Assembly (NCBI RefSeq): GCF_000497125.1
Contig: NC_090596.1
Span: 1,736,001 to 1,800,000 of the forward strand
Direction: 5' to 3'
From: Spironucleus salmonicida
Lineage: Eukaryota
DNA: 64,000 nt
Below are positions 38,341 through 50,465 of the stretch, piece after piece. The notes below the pieces were generated by a model. That model saw only the letters and a list, made by a program, of their open reading frames with translations, did not search any database and had not been told where the DNA came from. Numbering within the stretch: the first letter of the stretch is position 1; each line of letters begins with the position of its first letter. Made by a program: the position numbers and the translations under genes.

Positions 38341-41300
38341 TCAATCTGTGCAAACTTAAAAATTTTATAACTCGTCTAAATTTGTTTCTATTATCCAATC
38401 TGCGATAGATATACTTGGACGCTAACTTGCAGATTTTTCATACGTAGTTACAATCATACCCATAACATCTTATTATTTTGCTTTTCTTAATATAGGTTTC
38501 AGTGATTATTTTCTTAATATTTTACATGGTAATTTAGGTATCTATTTTTATACTTATATAATGTTTTCATTAACAGAAAATAATTTCTAAATAGAATTAT
38601 CAACCCCAAATTCAGGAAATTGAAATTTTTCTTATTTCTAAATTTGTTTAATTTGTTATGTTATGAATCTTCGTGGAATTTACCTAGTGGGCCGAAATTC
38701 TATATACGAAATAATAAAAGGCTGCCAATTTTTATCTATTAATACTTCTTTAAATATTTATTTAATTGCATTTTTTGGTTTAAGGTAGCTATTATCTTCT
38801 ACTAACTTTATAACATCCGAGTTCATGATTTGTTTACAATATTTATCAAAAAAATCATTAGTTTTAACAATAATAGGAAATTTACTTTATGTTTAATATA
38901 CCATATCATCAAATGCTAATTTAATCTTCGGTGATATTATATTTTTATTATTAAGTTCCTCTTTAGAAAATTCTTTTCCGATAATTTGCAGAGTTAATAA
39001 CTCATATAAACTTTATCTAAATTTTCTGGAAAATAACTTCATTAATTGTTGTTAATCTTAACTGCTTATGTCTTTTATTTCATTTGTAATTAATGTAGTG
39101 TTAATATCGCTAAATAAAAAATACATAAATGACTTATCTAAAGAAGTTAATTTATCTGACTGCCATTTCTCAGCAAAATTTAGAGGATTGGATATAAATT
39201 TATTAATTATGCTTTAAATTTCAGGTGAAAATTATGTTAGGTCTTAATCCTTTAGTAACTGCTTAGCAAATTCATTTAAATCTCTAGCTTTTTTAAGAAT
39301 CTTCAGCATATGGATATTCTCCTATTTTGTAATCTCAGTTTTCATTTATTCTTATGAGTAAACTAGCTATGATTTTGGTCTGTTATTCTATTCGTATGTT
39401 AATTTATCCTATTATTGTTATTAAGTAATGTTTAAGTGTTACTTTTTATCTATATATAGATTTTAAGAATCAAATTTTTATTTAGTTTCAAATGTGTGCT
39501 AATAATTATTATTAATATTTTATTCTTAGTTACTGCTATTAATGTGTTACTCTCCAATTTATTCTTCATAATTTAAAGAATTATTATGCTATTTTTCATA
39601 ATACTAATAGTCACTGTCTGAATCAGTAGTAGTTTCTTACATGAACATATCATATAAAGTGTTTCGATCCTTATTAATTTTAGCTTCTGTATCTTACTCG
39701 ACTATATCATCTTAATCTAAAGGTTATACTATGCTATTTCTTAACTATTTACACTTTTATTATTCTTATATAAATTTCATACTTGATTTTTTACTATTAC
39801 TTTTTTTATTTCTGTTAATTTTTTAACGCTTAATTTTATTTTTAAGTGCTTTTTACATATACTTTTTCAGAGATTTCGCTTTCCCATTGTAAATACCCTC
39901 ATCAGACTGGGATATAGAGTTTTCATTATGTTCATTATACTATGAATCAGATTAACTAGAATTACAATTACCTGAAGTTAACTAGTGTTTTTGCTTACAT
40001 TTTTTATTAGATTAGTTTTACTTTAACATATTTTTCTATGACATAACACTAACTAATTAACCTTAGATAGTTTCAGTATTGTTCACTTAATTAGTTGATG
40101 TTAATACCAATTATTCCTACTACATTTTCTCGATATCCTATTTCTACTTCAATATTTTAATATTTTTTTATAATCCTTACAAATCTTTAACTAATATTTA
40201 ATTAGTACGAATATTAACAGATTTAATTTATACTTTTATCTACTTTGCTAAACCATAATCTTATTTCTATCGTCTACGGTCCTTTATAACTTTAAGCTCT
40301 GTATTAAACTAATTTTCTTTTTACTTTACTTGTTGAGCTAATAATTTGTCCTAATTTTTTCGTGCTAAATCTTAAGTATCATAAATAATATCATCCAAAT
40401 AATTATCTTCTTTTTCTATTTTAATACCTTATAGTTTTTTAAACTTAGAATTTAGCTTGGAATCTTAGGACTAAGCATACTGAATTACAGTCTTTATAGA
40501 ACTTTCTAGATGGCTAATAGCTTTATCACCATACATTTTTTTATATTATTTAAACTTTGAAATAATAAAATCTTATGTTTGGCTATCAGTAACATTATGT
40601 AACTTGAACCATCTTTCTGCTACCAAATGTTCGCTCCCAGTTAAATCAGTATATTCAAAGGCATCAGCATCCTAATAAATTAACCCTATTTTATTTTTAG
40701 CACTATTATTTTTAGAAAACATGTCAACTTTTTGGATCTATACATCACTAATTATAAATGATTAAACTAGAAATTATGAATAAGGAACTACTAAATTGTT
40801 AATAAACGGCTATATAAATGTATTAGCATGCACTCTTTTTTAACTATCAAATCTATTTTGAAAGTTATTATAGTTCTAATGGCCATTACAAACAGTAAAG
40901 GCTTTAGGTAACGGAGAATTAAAGTCAAATCGAGAAAAACATGGATGCCTGCATTCTAAATCTTTAAGGAATGTTAATGTTTTTTAAGGAAATTTACTCA
41001 TAAGATATCTATATTTTTAAACACGATTAATAAAAGTTTAATCTGGATCACCAACTTACTTCTTTTGTACAAATTAGTAAGTAAATTTACCAGTTAACAT
41101 AACATTAAAGAAAAATAAAATTTCTTATTTTATATATTTTTATGCCATCATATCATCATAATATAAGACTAAATCTTTAATTGATAGGCTTAAAATAATA
41201 TATACAAATTTTTTAATAAAAAGTGGTTAAAGTTTCAATAGTTATTCTTATAATGTAGTATTTTTACCTGATAAACTAATTGTAAAAATAAAGTTTATTA

Positions 41301-42762
41301 CATCTTTATTAATATAGCATTACTTTTCTGCACTAAATGAAGAACTATGTTACGTGTTTTAAACTTTAAGGTAGTCATTATAAGTGGTTTTTCGCTTTTA
41401 TAGTAGTTTAAAGGCTAGTTTATATCTTGTAAAATTCAAATAAATGAAGGAAATAAGAAAAAGTCTATAAAAACATTAAGTTTTAGAGTGCAGAGTTCTT
41501 ATTCTAGTCAAAAATTTAAACTTTAGCTGAAAAATTCTATTTTCAGGCATAGATAAATTTTAATTGACTTATAAATTTGTAGCCTCCTCTTTATATATTA
41601 GCTTATTATCAATCATAACTACTTGATCTTATCTAAAATATTATTGGTCCTTAATAATAGAATTTCCTAACATAAAATCATTAAATGTATTCATTAAAAA
41701 TTTAAGTGGTAAAGATAATTTAACTAATTCAGAATCCACACTATCTCTTAACACTATGGTATTTTTATAAGCTACCCAAAATTTTAAATATTTTCTTAGC
41801 AAAAAGTGGCGAACTGTATTATCTGCATACTTTAAATCCTCTTCATTTTACTTATTTTTATATATTAAATTTCTATAACTAAACCAAATATTAAATAAAA
41901 CGAATCGTCTGTTAATTGAACATTCTTTCCAATGATAAAAGCAATCTAGAAAAGCCTTATTTTATTTTAAATGTTGCATACGTGCTCTTCTTTTTCTTCT
42001 AGCTTCCTAAAATTATTACAACAAATGCATAAAAATTGGTCTTTAAAATACTGCTATATTAATAAAATTAGAAATCCTGTTGACAATTTCTAAAAAATAT
42101 TCAGCTAGTTATTCGAAATAATTAGCATAAAAAATTATATCTTTAGTAATATAAAATCTAAAAATATCTTGGTCAAAGGAAACTAATTTATCATCTTTTT
42201 GATAAAATACTCTATAATTTTTTTACCATACATATGTAGAATGCAAAATTTAGAATGAGATTTTCTTTCTTTTATGCTCTACCCCTCTATAAAAAGATAT
42301 AGCATTTAGATTCATAAGCTTTAAATTAAACATTAATGTTTTAATATAATGAAAGCATAATCTTAATCTCTTCAGCTTGATAAGTCTCTCATTAATTCTT
42401 AAATTATGTAAATATACATAATTAAATCTCCATCTTTTTAAAAAAATATCAACTAATTTAAATTTACGCTAATTTATTTTTTTAACTTTATGTCTCCAAA
42501 TCTTAAGATAAAGATTTTCATATATTGATACCTCTATAAATTCTTTTAAATCAATATAACGAAACCAGACTCTTCTAATAACTAGATATCTTGCGTAACG
42601 TTAAATAAATATTATTTAGCTAAGATAGTTTGATGCAGCTGTTTCTTATTATATAAATAATTATATAGATTCAAATGTCGGTGTTTAATAGTTTCTTAGA
42701 GGATTTAACTAAAGTTAATTTGTTAACTCTATATTTTTTATATATTTATTATTTTACGTCAT
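38341..42762 (-). CDS. Large protein with N-terminal Sfi1-like Trp-spaced basic helices and coiled coils, about 1473 aa
   Basis: Frame read continuously from 42762 through about 40620; end in frame. Recurring motifs RRVWF, LKIWR, FLKRWR, CFYHWK, LFNIWF, YLKFW. Confidence 0.6.
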
Positions 42763-42788
42763 TTTAATATAAAAATAATAATATATAA

Positions 42789-43418
42789 TCACTTCAAGTT
42801 ATTTAAAATTATTTTATTGATATCCTCAAACATCATTGTACCAATTTTTTCTGTTTGGTTTAAATAATTTGCCAATTAACCTGTCTAACCTTAGCTACAT
42901 TTAACTAATCTATTCTCATCTACTTAGTAGAACTATCCTTTCATGCTTTAAACCCATAAATCAAACATAGCAAAAGGTTAGGTTTGTAAATGAAGTTCTC
43001 TGCCTGATCGATTTTGAAGAAATACATTTAATGCTGATTAAATTTCTGGTTCAGCTAATCCATCAGAATATGAGATATTTTAATTAACTTAACAAAGATT
43101 ATTGTTTCTTTCGTCTTCCACCTCTATATTCTCATCAGAATACACTTGATCTGATGATTACTCCATTTCTACTTCTGGGGGTTCTAATGCTTTAGGTATT
43201 TCAGCACAACACTCCTCTAATTTCATCTCAAAAGGAGAAATAAATAACGATTCTTCCATAGTCGGAAGCAATGGGAACTACTATTTCTAATATTATAATG
43301 TGAAAAATATATCCTGCTCTATCTATTTAAATTCTTCAATAATTTCTAATGATTGATCATAAAGTCTTAAACGTTAAGCTTCTTACTACATCCATGTAAG
43401 ATCTTAGTCTTCTGCCAT
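42789..43418 (-). CDS. Acidic hypothetical protein, 209 aa
   Basis: MAEDQDLTW..; ends AAG-TGA. Confidence 0.7.
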
Positions 43419-43459
43419 TTAATCTCACTTACTTAATAATATATAATAAATAAAATAAA

Positions 43460-43852
43460 TCATTATGTTTTAATTTTCTTAGCATAAAAACAACAATTTT
43501 TAGTTATGTTACTTTCACTAAATGATTATACTGATTATTAATTTATCGTGACATTTAAACTGATATTAATTAGTTAAATATCAAAAAGGTTCAAATAGAA
43601 GAATATATTTGACATTGGCTCGTGGATATCAATAGTAATAATCTAGTTGATGATAATGTTGGATAAACTAGGAAATAAATATACTTTTAACTTCATCATA
43701 ATATTAGATGAAGTAAATTCTAAACGATCTAATTTAGCAGGAATTGATATGTTGATTATCTTTTTAGATTTTTATTTTCTAATTTTTAAACGCTTAAATA
43801 AGCTTTACTTCTCTGAAATAATACTATCTTCTAGGAAAGATGAACTTTCCAT
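43460..43852 (-). CDS. Hypothetical protein, 130 aa
   Basis: MESSSFLEDS..; open under TAR=Gln to TAA-TGA. Confidence 0.55.
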
Positions 43853-43886
43853 TATTGAAATATAACTAAAATTATATAATAACAAT

Positions 43887-44150
43887 TCATTCTTTTAACA
43901 AAAAAATTGGCGTCATAAACCACCCTAAATAGAAAACAGCTATGGATTCAAATAAAGCTGTTTTTATGAGGATTGGAGTTGGCATATCAACTTTTGATAC
44001 GCATGCACGAACTGGCAATAATAATATTATTGGTAAAACAATCGAAAATAAGTAATTATTAGTACTAAACACTCCTAATAACATACCAGCAATAATAGAT
44101 AGAAAAACTCTTCTCTTATACAATTTTTGTTCTTAAACCTCAATGTCCAT
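43887..44150 (-). CDS. Rab5-interacting protein / EMC6 family small membrane protein, 87 aa
   Basis: YKRRVFLSIIAGMLLGVF and LIKTALFESIAVFYLGWF match the Rab5ip pattern (YWFRQIIAVVLGVIWG..EGFMTSFALFMVIW). Confidence 0.65.
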
Positions 44151-44189
44151 TTAAATTAAAGAAAAGGTAAAATTAAGTATTATAAAATA

Positions 44190-46514
44190 TCATTTACTAT
44201 CACGTAATGTCATATTAAATGTCTTTTCACGTGTGCCACCAAAAATTGCTGTCATGAGTTCAGTATCCTTTAAGTCCCCTGATCCAGTGGTCTTTGTACC
44301 ATAAACTCCTTTTTTCTAGAATTTTTGTCCACTAGCTGGCAAATCATATAGCACTTAACTTTTTTAAGTCTCATTGTTACCTTTTTCTACCTTCAGTAAA
44401 CTTTATCCCAATAATATACTATCAATATTCATTCCACCTCTATAATCCTTTTAAATTGTTCTATCTAAAATTCTACTTTCTTGTAAATATATTTCTTCCG
44501 CCAATAATCTGCGCCGTTCTTTTATCTCAGCTGCCGCGTTATATAACCGTTTAAAAACTTCTGGTATATCCCAATTATTATCTCGTTCGGCATATTTAAG
44601 AGTAAATTTACTCATTTTTAAATATTTTCTTGCGATATTAAAAGCTCTGGATGCTCTAGCTTTTCTTTCCCCTTCATAGAAATCTACTTATTCTGTCTAT
44701 ACAGAAGCATCTTGATATTTATCTAAAGACTGTAGTGCATATTGTCTAGCATTTTCTATCAATGATTATGCGTGATCTAAGTCATTTAAAAGTTAATGTT
44801 TACTGATGGCTTCTTTTGATAATGGAGATTTCGTAGATAATGAGGTTAACTATGAGGTTAATAATGAAGAACGCTGAACATCCTTATGATTACTATTGCT
44901 TTTTCTGAAAGAATTATCCTCGTATGTACTATTATTATGTATCTAATCGTTTATTATAACACCTGGTTAACCTGCCATTAGTATTTAGCATTGTTATCCA
45001 CTAGATTTAAAATCTGGTCTATTCTTATAGAGATATATTGCTTTTTTAATAACTATATCTGGGATTTTTAATTTAGATATGGATACCAGCACATCCTCAG
45101 ATATATTATCTTCAGATATCATTCTTCTCATCATTTACCTCATTTAAGTATCTTCTAAAGATACTTCTAAACCTGTAAGACTTTATATAACTTTCTAATA
45201 TTTACGGCAATGATCAATTAAATCAACGACTAATGCTAATTCTTGATCTTAATGTAAACGCTCGTTAATTCTATTTTTAATTCTTTAAATATCTGATACT
45301 TCATCCATTCGTAACCCACGTGATATATTTTAAGATTTCCCGCTTTTTCTTTGATTTATTATTAATTCTTCTTTGAGAAGTTCATTATCTTTTATTAATT
45401 ATTCGTTTATTGCAGATAATTTATCATTTTATTCTTTTAAATATTTATTTCTATTTATCAAATCTTAGTTTTCTTGTGTCAGCCTATCATTTTCAGTAGT
45501 TAATAACTAAATTTAAGCATTCAATGAATCAATTTACCTCTGAAGTTCCGCTAACTGATCTTAATACTTTTTCAGCAATGCATCATATAACGCTTTAAGT
45601 TTCCAATACTCATCTTCAAAACCCTTAAGCCGTTCTACCTCTGATCGTAGTTAATCATTTAACAATGTTAACTAATCAATTTATTATTACATTTCTCCAC
45701 ATACAGTGTTGTTTTAATTTGAAAATTCAGAAATAATTCTCAATAGTCGCTCAATTTCGTCTTTAAGTTATTAAATTAACTTTTGATATCCTGGTATTTC
45801 TAATATTTATGTTAAATAATAATCTAATTTTCTTTATAGTTCTTCTTTTTCATTTTATAATTATAAAATTTATTTTCTTAACTAGGATATTAAAGTGTCT
45901 TGATTTAAATTTAAGTTGTTTCCTCCTTGACTATTTCTATCTAGCATATTTACATCCCAAAAATCTGGTCTATACATTTTACCAATTTTTAACTTAAGGT
46001 TAAACTATTCTTTTGTCATTTGCTCAAACTTTTAATATAATGCCTTCATTTCAGCTAACTATACTAAAAGCATTTGATTTGTCTCAGTAAGAGAATTAAC
46101 TTGATTAAAATATTATTTAGCCTTAATACTCTCTTAGTTTAATTTAAACTCAGCCTAGAGGCGTAATTATAACTCATGTTAAATTAATTCGTAGAATGTT
46201 TTTTCTAATTAATAAACAACTTATGCATTCTAAATTGCTATGAGATTTTTCTTTGATTCATGAAAGAAGTTAGAATAAATTGGAAAAATATTCTTAGATG
46301 TTAAATGATCCGTTGCTACTTCACAATTTAACTCTTTTTCAAAAAGAACAAATAGCTATCGAGAATTAAATTTCAATTCTATTGTATGAAAAAAATACTC
46401 AATTGCATTCTCAAACATTTATATTGAGTTTAATATTGTCTTATGACTAAGCTATTTTGAATGTGATCCATAAAATGAAGATTAAATGGCAAATTCATGT
46501 TAATCATAATTCAT
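44190..46514 (-). CDS. Coiled-coil protein, 774 aa
   Basis: Long heptad region; in-frame ATG and AAA-TGA. Confidence 0.7.
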
Positions 46515-46616
46515 TTTATGTTAAAATTATCTTATAGTATATAATAAAAAATTAAAACTATTATGAAAAATACTTTAATAATATATTAAGTAGGATTATT
46601 TAATTGAATTTTAATA

Positions 46617-47042
46617 ATGTCGAGAGATCAGATTAAATAATTATTTGATAAATTTGATTCTAATAATGATAACTAGTTATCAAAAATTGAAATTTAATAG
46701 ATGTTTCATTAATTGGATATATAAATTTAAGATGAATAATTTGAAACTGTATTTAATTTATTTGATTAAGATTTAAATTAATACTTAACTAGGGCAGAAT
46801 TTGAACATATGATATTTGTTGTCGTTAATTGCAACTTATCTGACTTTAAATCACTTTTATTTTATGCTGCTGATATTGATCATAGTATGAGATTGAATGT
46901 GGATGAATTGACTTAATTATTTATTTAATTAGGAATGTTAGTTTAAAAATAAGAGATTACTATAATAATTGAAGAATTAGGAAGTGGAAATTAGCTTAAT
47001 TATGCCTAATTTTAAAATCTCTTTAATAAATTATGTGAATGA
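46617..47042 (+). CDS. Calmodulin-like EF-hand protein, 141 aa
   Basis: FDKFDSNNDNQLSKIE, FNLFDQDLNQYLTRAEF and ADIDHSMRLNVDEL EF loops. Confidence 0.85.
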
Positions 47043-47051
47043 ATACATATA

Positions 47052-48455
47052 TCACTCTTAAATACTTGGTAACGAGGCGAATATAATATCAGTTTCTTCA
47101 CAAGTAAGTTAGTTAATTGTTGTCTTGGCAAAGTATAAATCTTCCTTTAGAAATTAATTTTATTAAACTAGCGCATCATCAGAACATTCTACTAATTAAT
47201 TATCAATTGAATTCTCATATATAGAGTTAACATCTTTTTCTCCCTTTGATGTATACATCTATACCATATTTTTTTATTTTGTTGATGGAGATGCATTACT
47301 GTTTTTTAATTAATCTAATTGAGATTAATGAATAGTGCTATTAGTAATACTTATTGAATATTAAGGTGATAATAAATGATCCTATTATATGCTATTCACA
47401 GTTTTCTTACCTACCTCAACAAATGGTGATGTTTCATTTAAATCTGTCATCGCCTATTCTTCTTTAACATGTAATGGGATTTCCTTATCGTTAGTGGTAC
47501 AGATTTACTCTTTTGCTATAGATGTAGTTTAGCCTTATATTTATAAAATATTTGAATCTATTTTCTCTTTTATTGTTTTATTTTTCGATTATCTGCTTTA
47601 CTACGAAGGCATTGATAAGATTGGATACTCAGGATAATTTTCTTACTACACTATTTATATGCAGTTATTTTATTCTTACTAGCTAATAGAATTATTGGTG
47701 TACTATATTTATTATTAATCCTTTATTGGAGTGCTATATAATTGTTATGGTATTTGAGTATCATATTCAATTTATTATCGCTAACTATTCATATTTTATG
47801 TAAAATTACTATTTTTACTTTGAACAATAGTTGGATGAATTTATTCATAATAACTTTTATGCTCTTACTCATTTGAAGTTTACCTAGCGTATGGCTGGCA
47901 ATTAACATTATATTGACTTTCTGTAGATGTATTTAGGTTTTGATAAGAAATATTAGCAAATTATTAATTACTTAATAAAAATTATTATTAATTTGCCTAA
48001 CTCGTTACAAAAATACTTTCATCTTTTATATAATTATCTAAAACACTTAAAACATTTCTTACATTTTACGGATCATTCTGACACTACCATTGATACAGCT
48101 ATTTTTAAAGCTATTGAACTTATAATTGTAGTCTATCAATAGTTTTATTTGCCAATTTCATAGATTCTTATGTTTCAGATTTTTATAAAGTTACCATGTT
48201 TATCTCTTTCTCCATCTACTATTCTTTAATCTAATACTCTTAAATTCTTGCTGCTAAATCTTCTGATAATTGCTTATATTTTCGAAGAGATTCAATTTCA
48301 GACACTAGAAGTGTATTTTTATGTAGTAATTCTTAATTTTCTTAAGAAACACCTTTCTTGCTTTTGAATAACTGTGAATATTTTTCTAAAGCTTACTTCA
48401 TAACGTGTATTTAATCTTACTAATCATCAATGATATTTTGTAATTCATAATTCAT
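47052..48455 (-). CDS. Gln-rich coiled-coil hypothetical protein, 467 aa
   Basis: In-frame ATG and GAG-TGA; N-terminal heptads. Confidence 0.7.
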
Positions 48456-49035
48456 TTTTAAAATTATGCAAGATATTATATTCGTCTATTCATAATATAA
48501 TGTTATCAACTATGCATCAAATATTTATTGTATTTATAATATTCATATATAATTGAATACTTTGAAAACTAAAAAGTTAATGGATTAACAGTACATATCT
48601 ACTTATATCTACTTATATTTTTTTATATTTATTAACGTTCGTGAATTGTAAGAATTGACATAAAGACCTAGACTAATTTTAAAATCAATTATTGTTCAAA
48701 CTAAATGGAAATTAATTTTTTTTCATTTTCTTAAAGTTTTTTATTTTTACTACTTATGACTATCTTTACTACTTTAAAACATATTTCGTGAAATTATTAG
48801 AATTATAATGAAACTTGTACCCATTATTACAAATTAAAGCAAATTATTCTTTTAACGTCTATGAAATTCTTAGCGCCAATTAATAATTTCTGGTTAATTT
48901 TCCAATTTCAAGTACCAATCCATATTTACAATTTCCTAGAAATTAAAACGTATACTTCGAAAAATAAAAGATTAAAGCTAGCTAGTTCATCCGAAAAATA
49001 TATCATAACAGATTTATTTGAATTTCATTTACATA

Positions 49036-49098
49036 ATCCCACTCCTTATAATTTGTTACATTCTATTTATATTCCCTACACCCTTCAAACCCATAATA
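49036..49098 (+). promoter_or_regulatory. C-rich upstream element of the cyclin gene
   Basis: AATCCCACTCC and TTCCCTACACCCTTCAAACCC lie just before ATG 49099 in otherwise very AT-rich DNA. Confidence 0.45.
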
Positions 49099-49533
49099 AT
49101 GCTGAAAACGACACACAAGCTGGCACGCACGATATGTCTTTTTCTGTCCTAGGACGCTTCAAAAATACCAGTCAAATCGCTCCTAGACCAGCCAAACCAA
49201 CCGCGTTTTGACCATTTTCAAGTCCATCAGATGCTATAAACGATCGCATTTAGCGTTCCGGTGATTCCAGAGGCATACGTGGCGGCAATTGAGGAGTTAC
49301 AACGTTTCAGGGTGCGAGTACCATTACAACACGGGAACTGCAAATCGGCAGTTTTGGTATCACTGGTGATTGCTTGTAAACTTGTGGATGACGATTTTGT
49401 GTTAAAGAAGAGTAAGTGTATGTACAAAAATTATCAGATTTTAGAGCGAGAGTTTTGTAAAATTGTTGGTTACCAGACATTCGTAGACCAAGCTCAATAT
49501 AATAGTGCATATTCGCTATATAATAGTGAGTGA
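49099..49533 (+). CDS. Pho80/Pcl-type single-box cyclin, 144 aa
   Basis: LVSLVIACKLVDD..LEREFCKIVGYQTFV..QY cyclin box; ends GAG-TGA. Confidence 0.8.
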
Positions 49534-49559
49534 AATTTACATCCCAAAACATGGCTTGA

Positions 49560-49952
49560 ATGCTTAGTTTTATTAAAACGTAGAGCGATTTACTGTATTA
49601 TTTAATTGGAATTGAGCTTAGGCGTCATATTCGTGTAATAGATGTTGTGGGGCTGTGGATGGAAAAACCGTATATCTTGTTTAAATTTGATTTGATGAAA
49701 TAACGTTCTAGAAAGAGGATATAGCAATAGATTGATTTTACATCTTAATAATTAAATGATTGGTTTAAGAGTTAGTGTTTAGTCTATTTTAGTGAGAGCA
49801 CAATTAAAAAAATTATAGACTAATAAACATAATAATAAAACTCAATGGATGAAAACCAACTGATGTAGAATCTTAAATCATAGTTTCCATATGTACCTTT
49901 ATCTTTTATTAAATTGTGTATAAAAGAGAGTTCAAGTAAAATTTATAGATGA
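49560..49952 (+). CDS. Hypothetical protein, 130 aa
   Basis: MLSFIKTQSDLLYYLIG..; open under TAR=Gln; the stop is followed by TAGTGA. Confidence 0.6.
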
Positions 49953-49973
49953 TAGTGAAATACTTGACAGATA

Positions 49974-50426
49974 TCACTCATAGTAAAAATAGTTAACCAT
50001 ACTTTTATAGGCTAGTTTATCGTTAGATCTAAATATGTTTCCTGCATCTAGATTTAGAGGAGAATCTGTATTTGGTGTATTTATTAATGCTAACAAACTA
50101 ATAGCTACAGAAAATAAGTTAAAGCTAATTTACCAGTCTTCTTTTAAAATATTAAGACAAATTTCACCTTAAATCGATATATTAGGATGAAATATTTTAT
50201 TCTTAACATGGCAATATGGTGATTATAAAGGGTAGTCTTTTGGTATATTCATTGATATTGTATATTATTAATTATAATAAAATGAATCTCTTTAATTAAA
50301 TTTTATTAACAGATTCCATGACTATAATTGACCTTCAATTTTAGGATGAAGTTAAATACCTAGCTTTAAACGCTCATGATCTTTTTTTAATGATTATTTA
50401 TATTCATTAGTTAATCTATTGATCAT
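49974..50426 (-). CDS. Ubiquitin-conjugating enzyme E2, PEX4-like, 150 aa
   Basis: [28 protein letters not shown] (active-site Cys) and C-terminal DSPLNLDAGNIFRSNDKLAYKSM, like plant/fungal Pex4. Confidence 0.85.
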
Positions 50427-50465
50427 TTTTAAAGTTAGTAAACATAGTAAACCAAACAATCACTT

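Noticed and set aside
41098-41160. Gene boundary splitting 38341..42762 into two genes
   Set aside because: The TGAs here are out of frame and the reading frame runs through.
48861-49211. 116-aa track ORF upstream of and overlapping the cyclin
   Set aside because: It is in a different frame from the cyclin, has low-complexity composition and spans promoter-like DNA.
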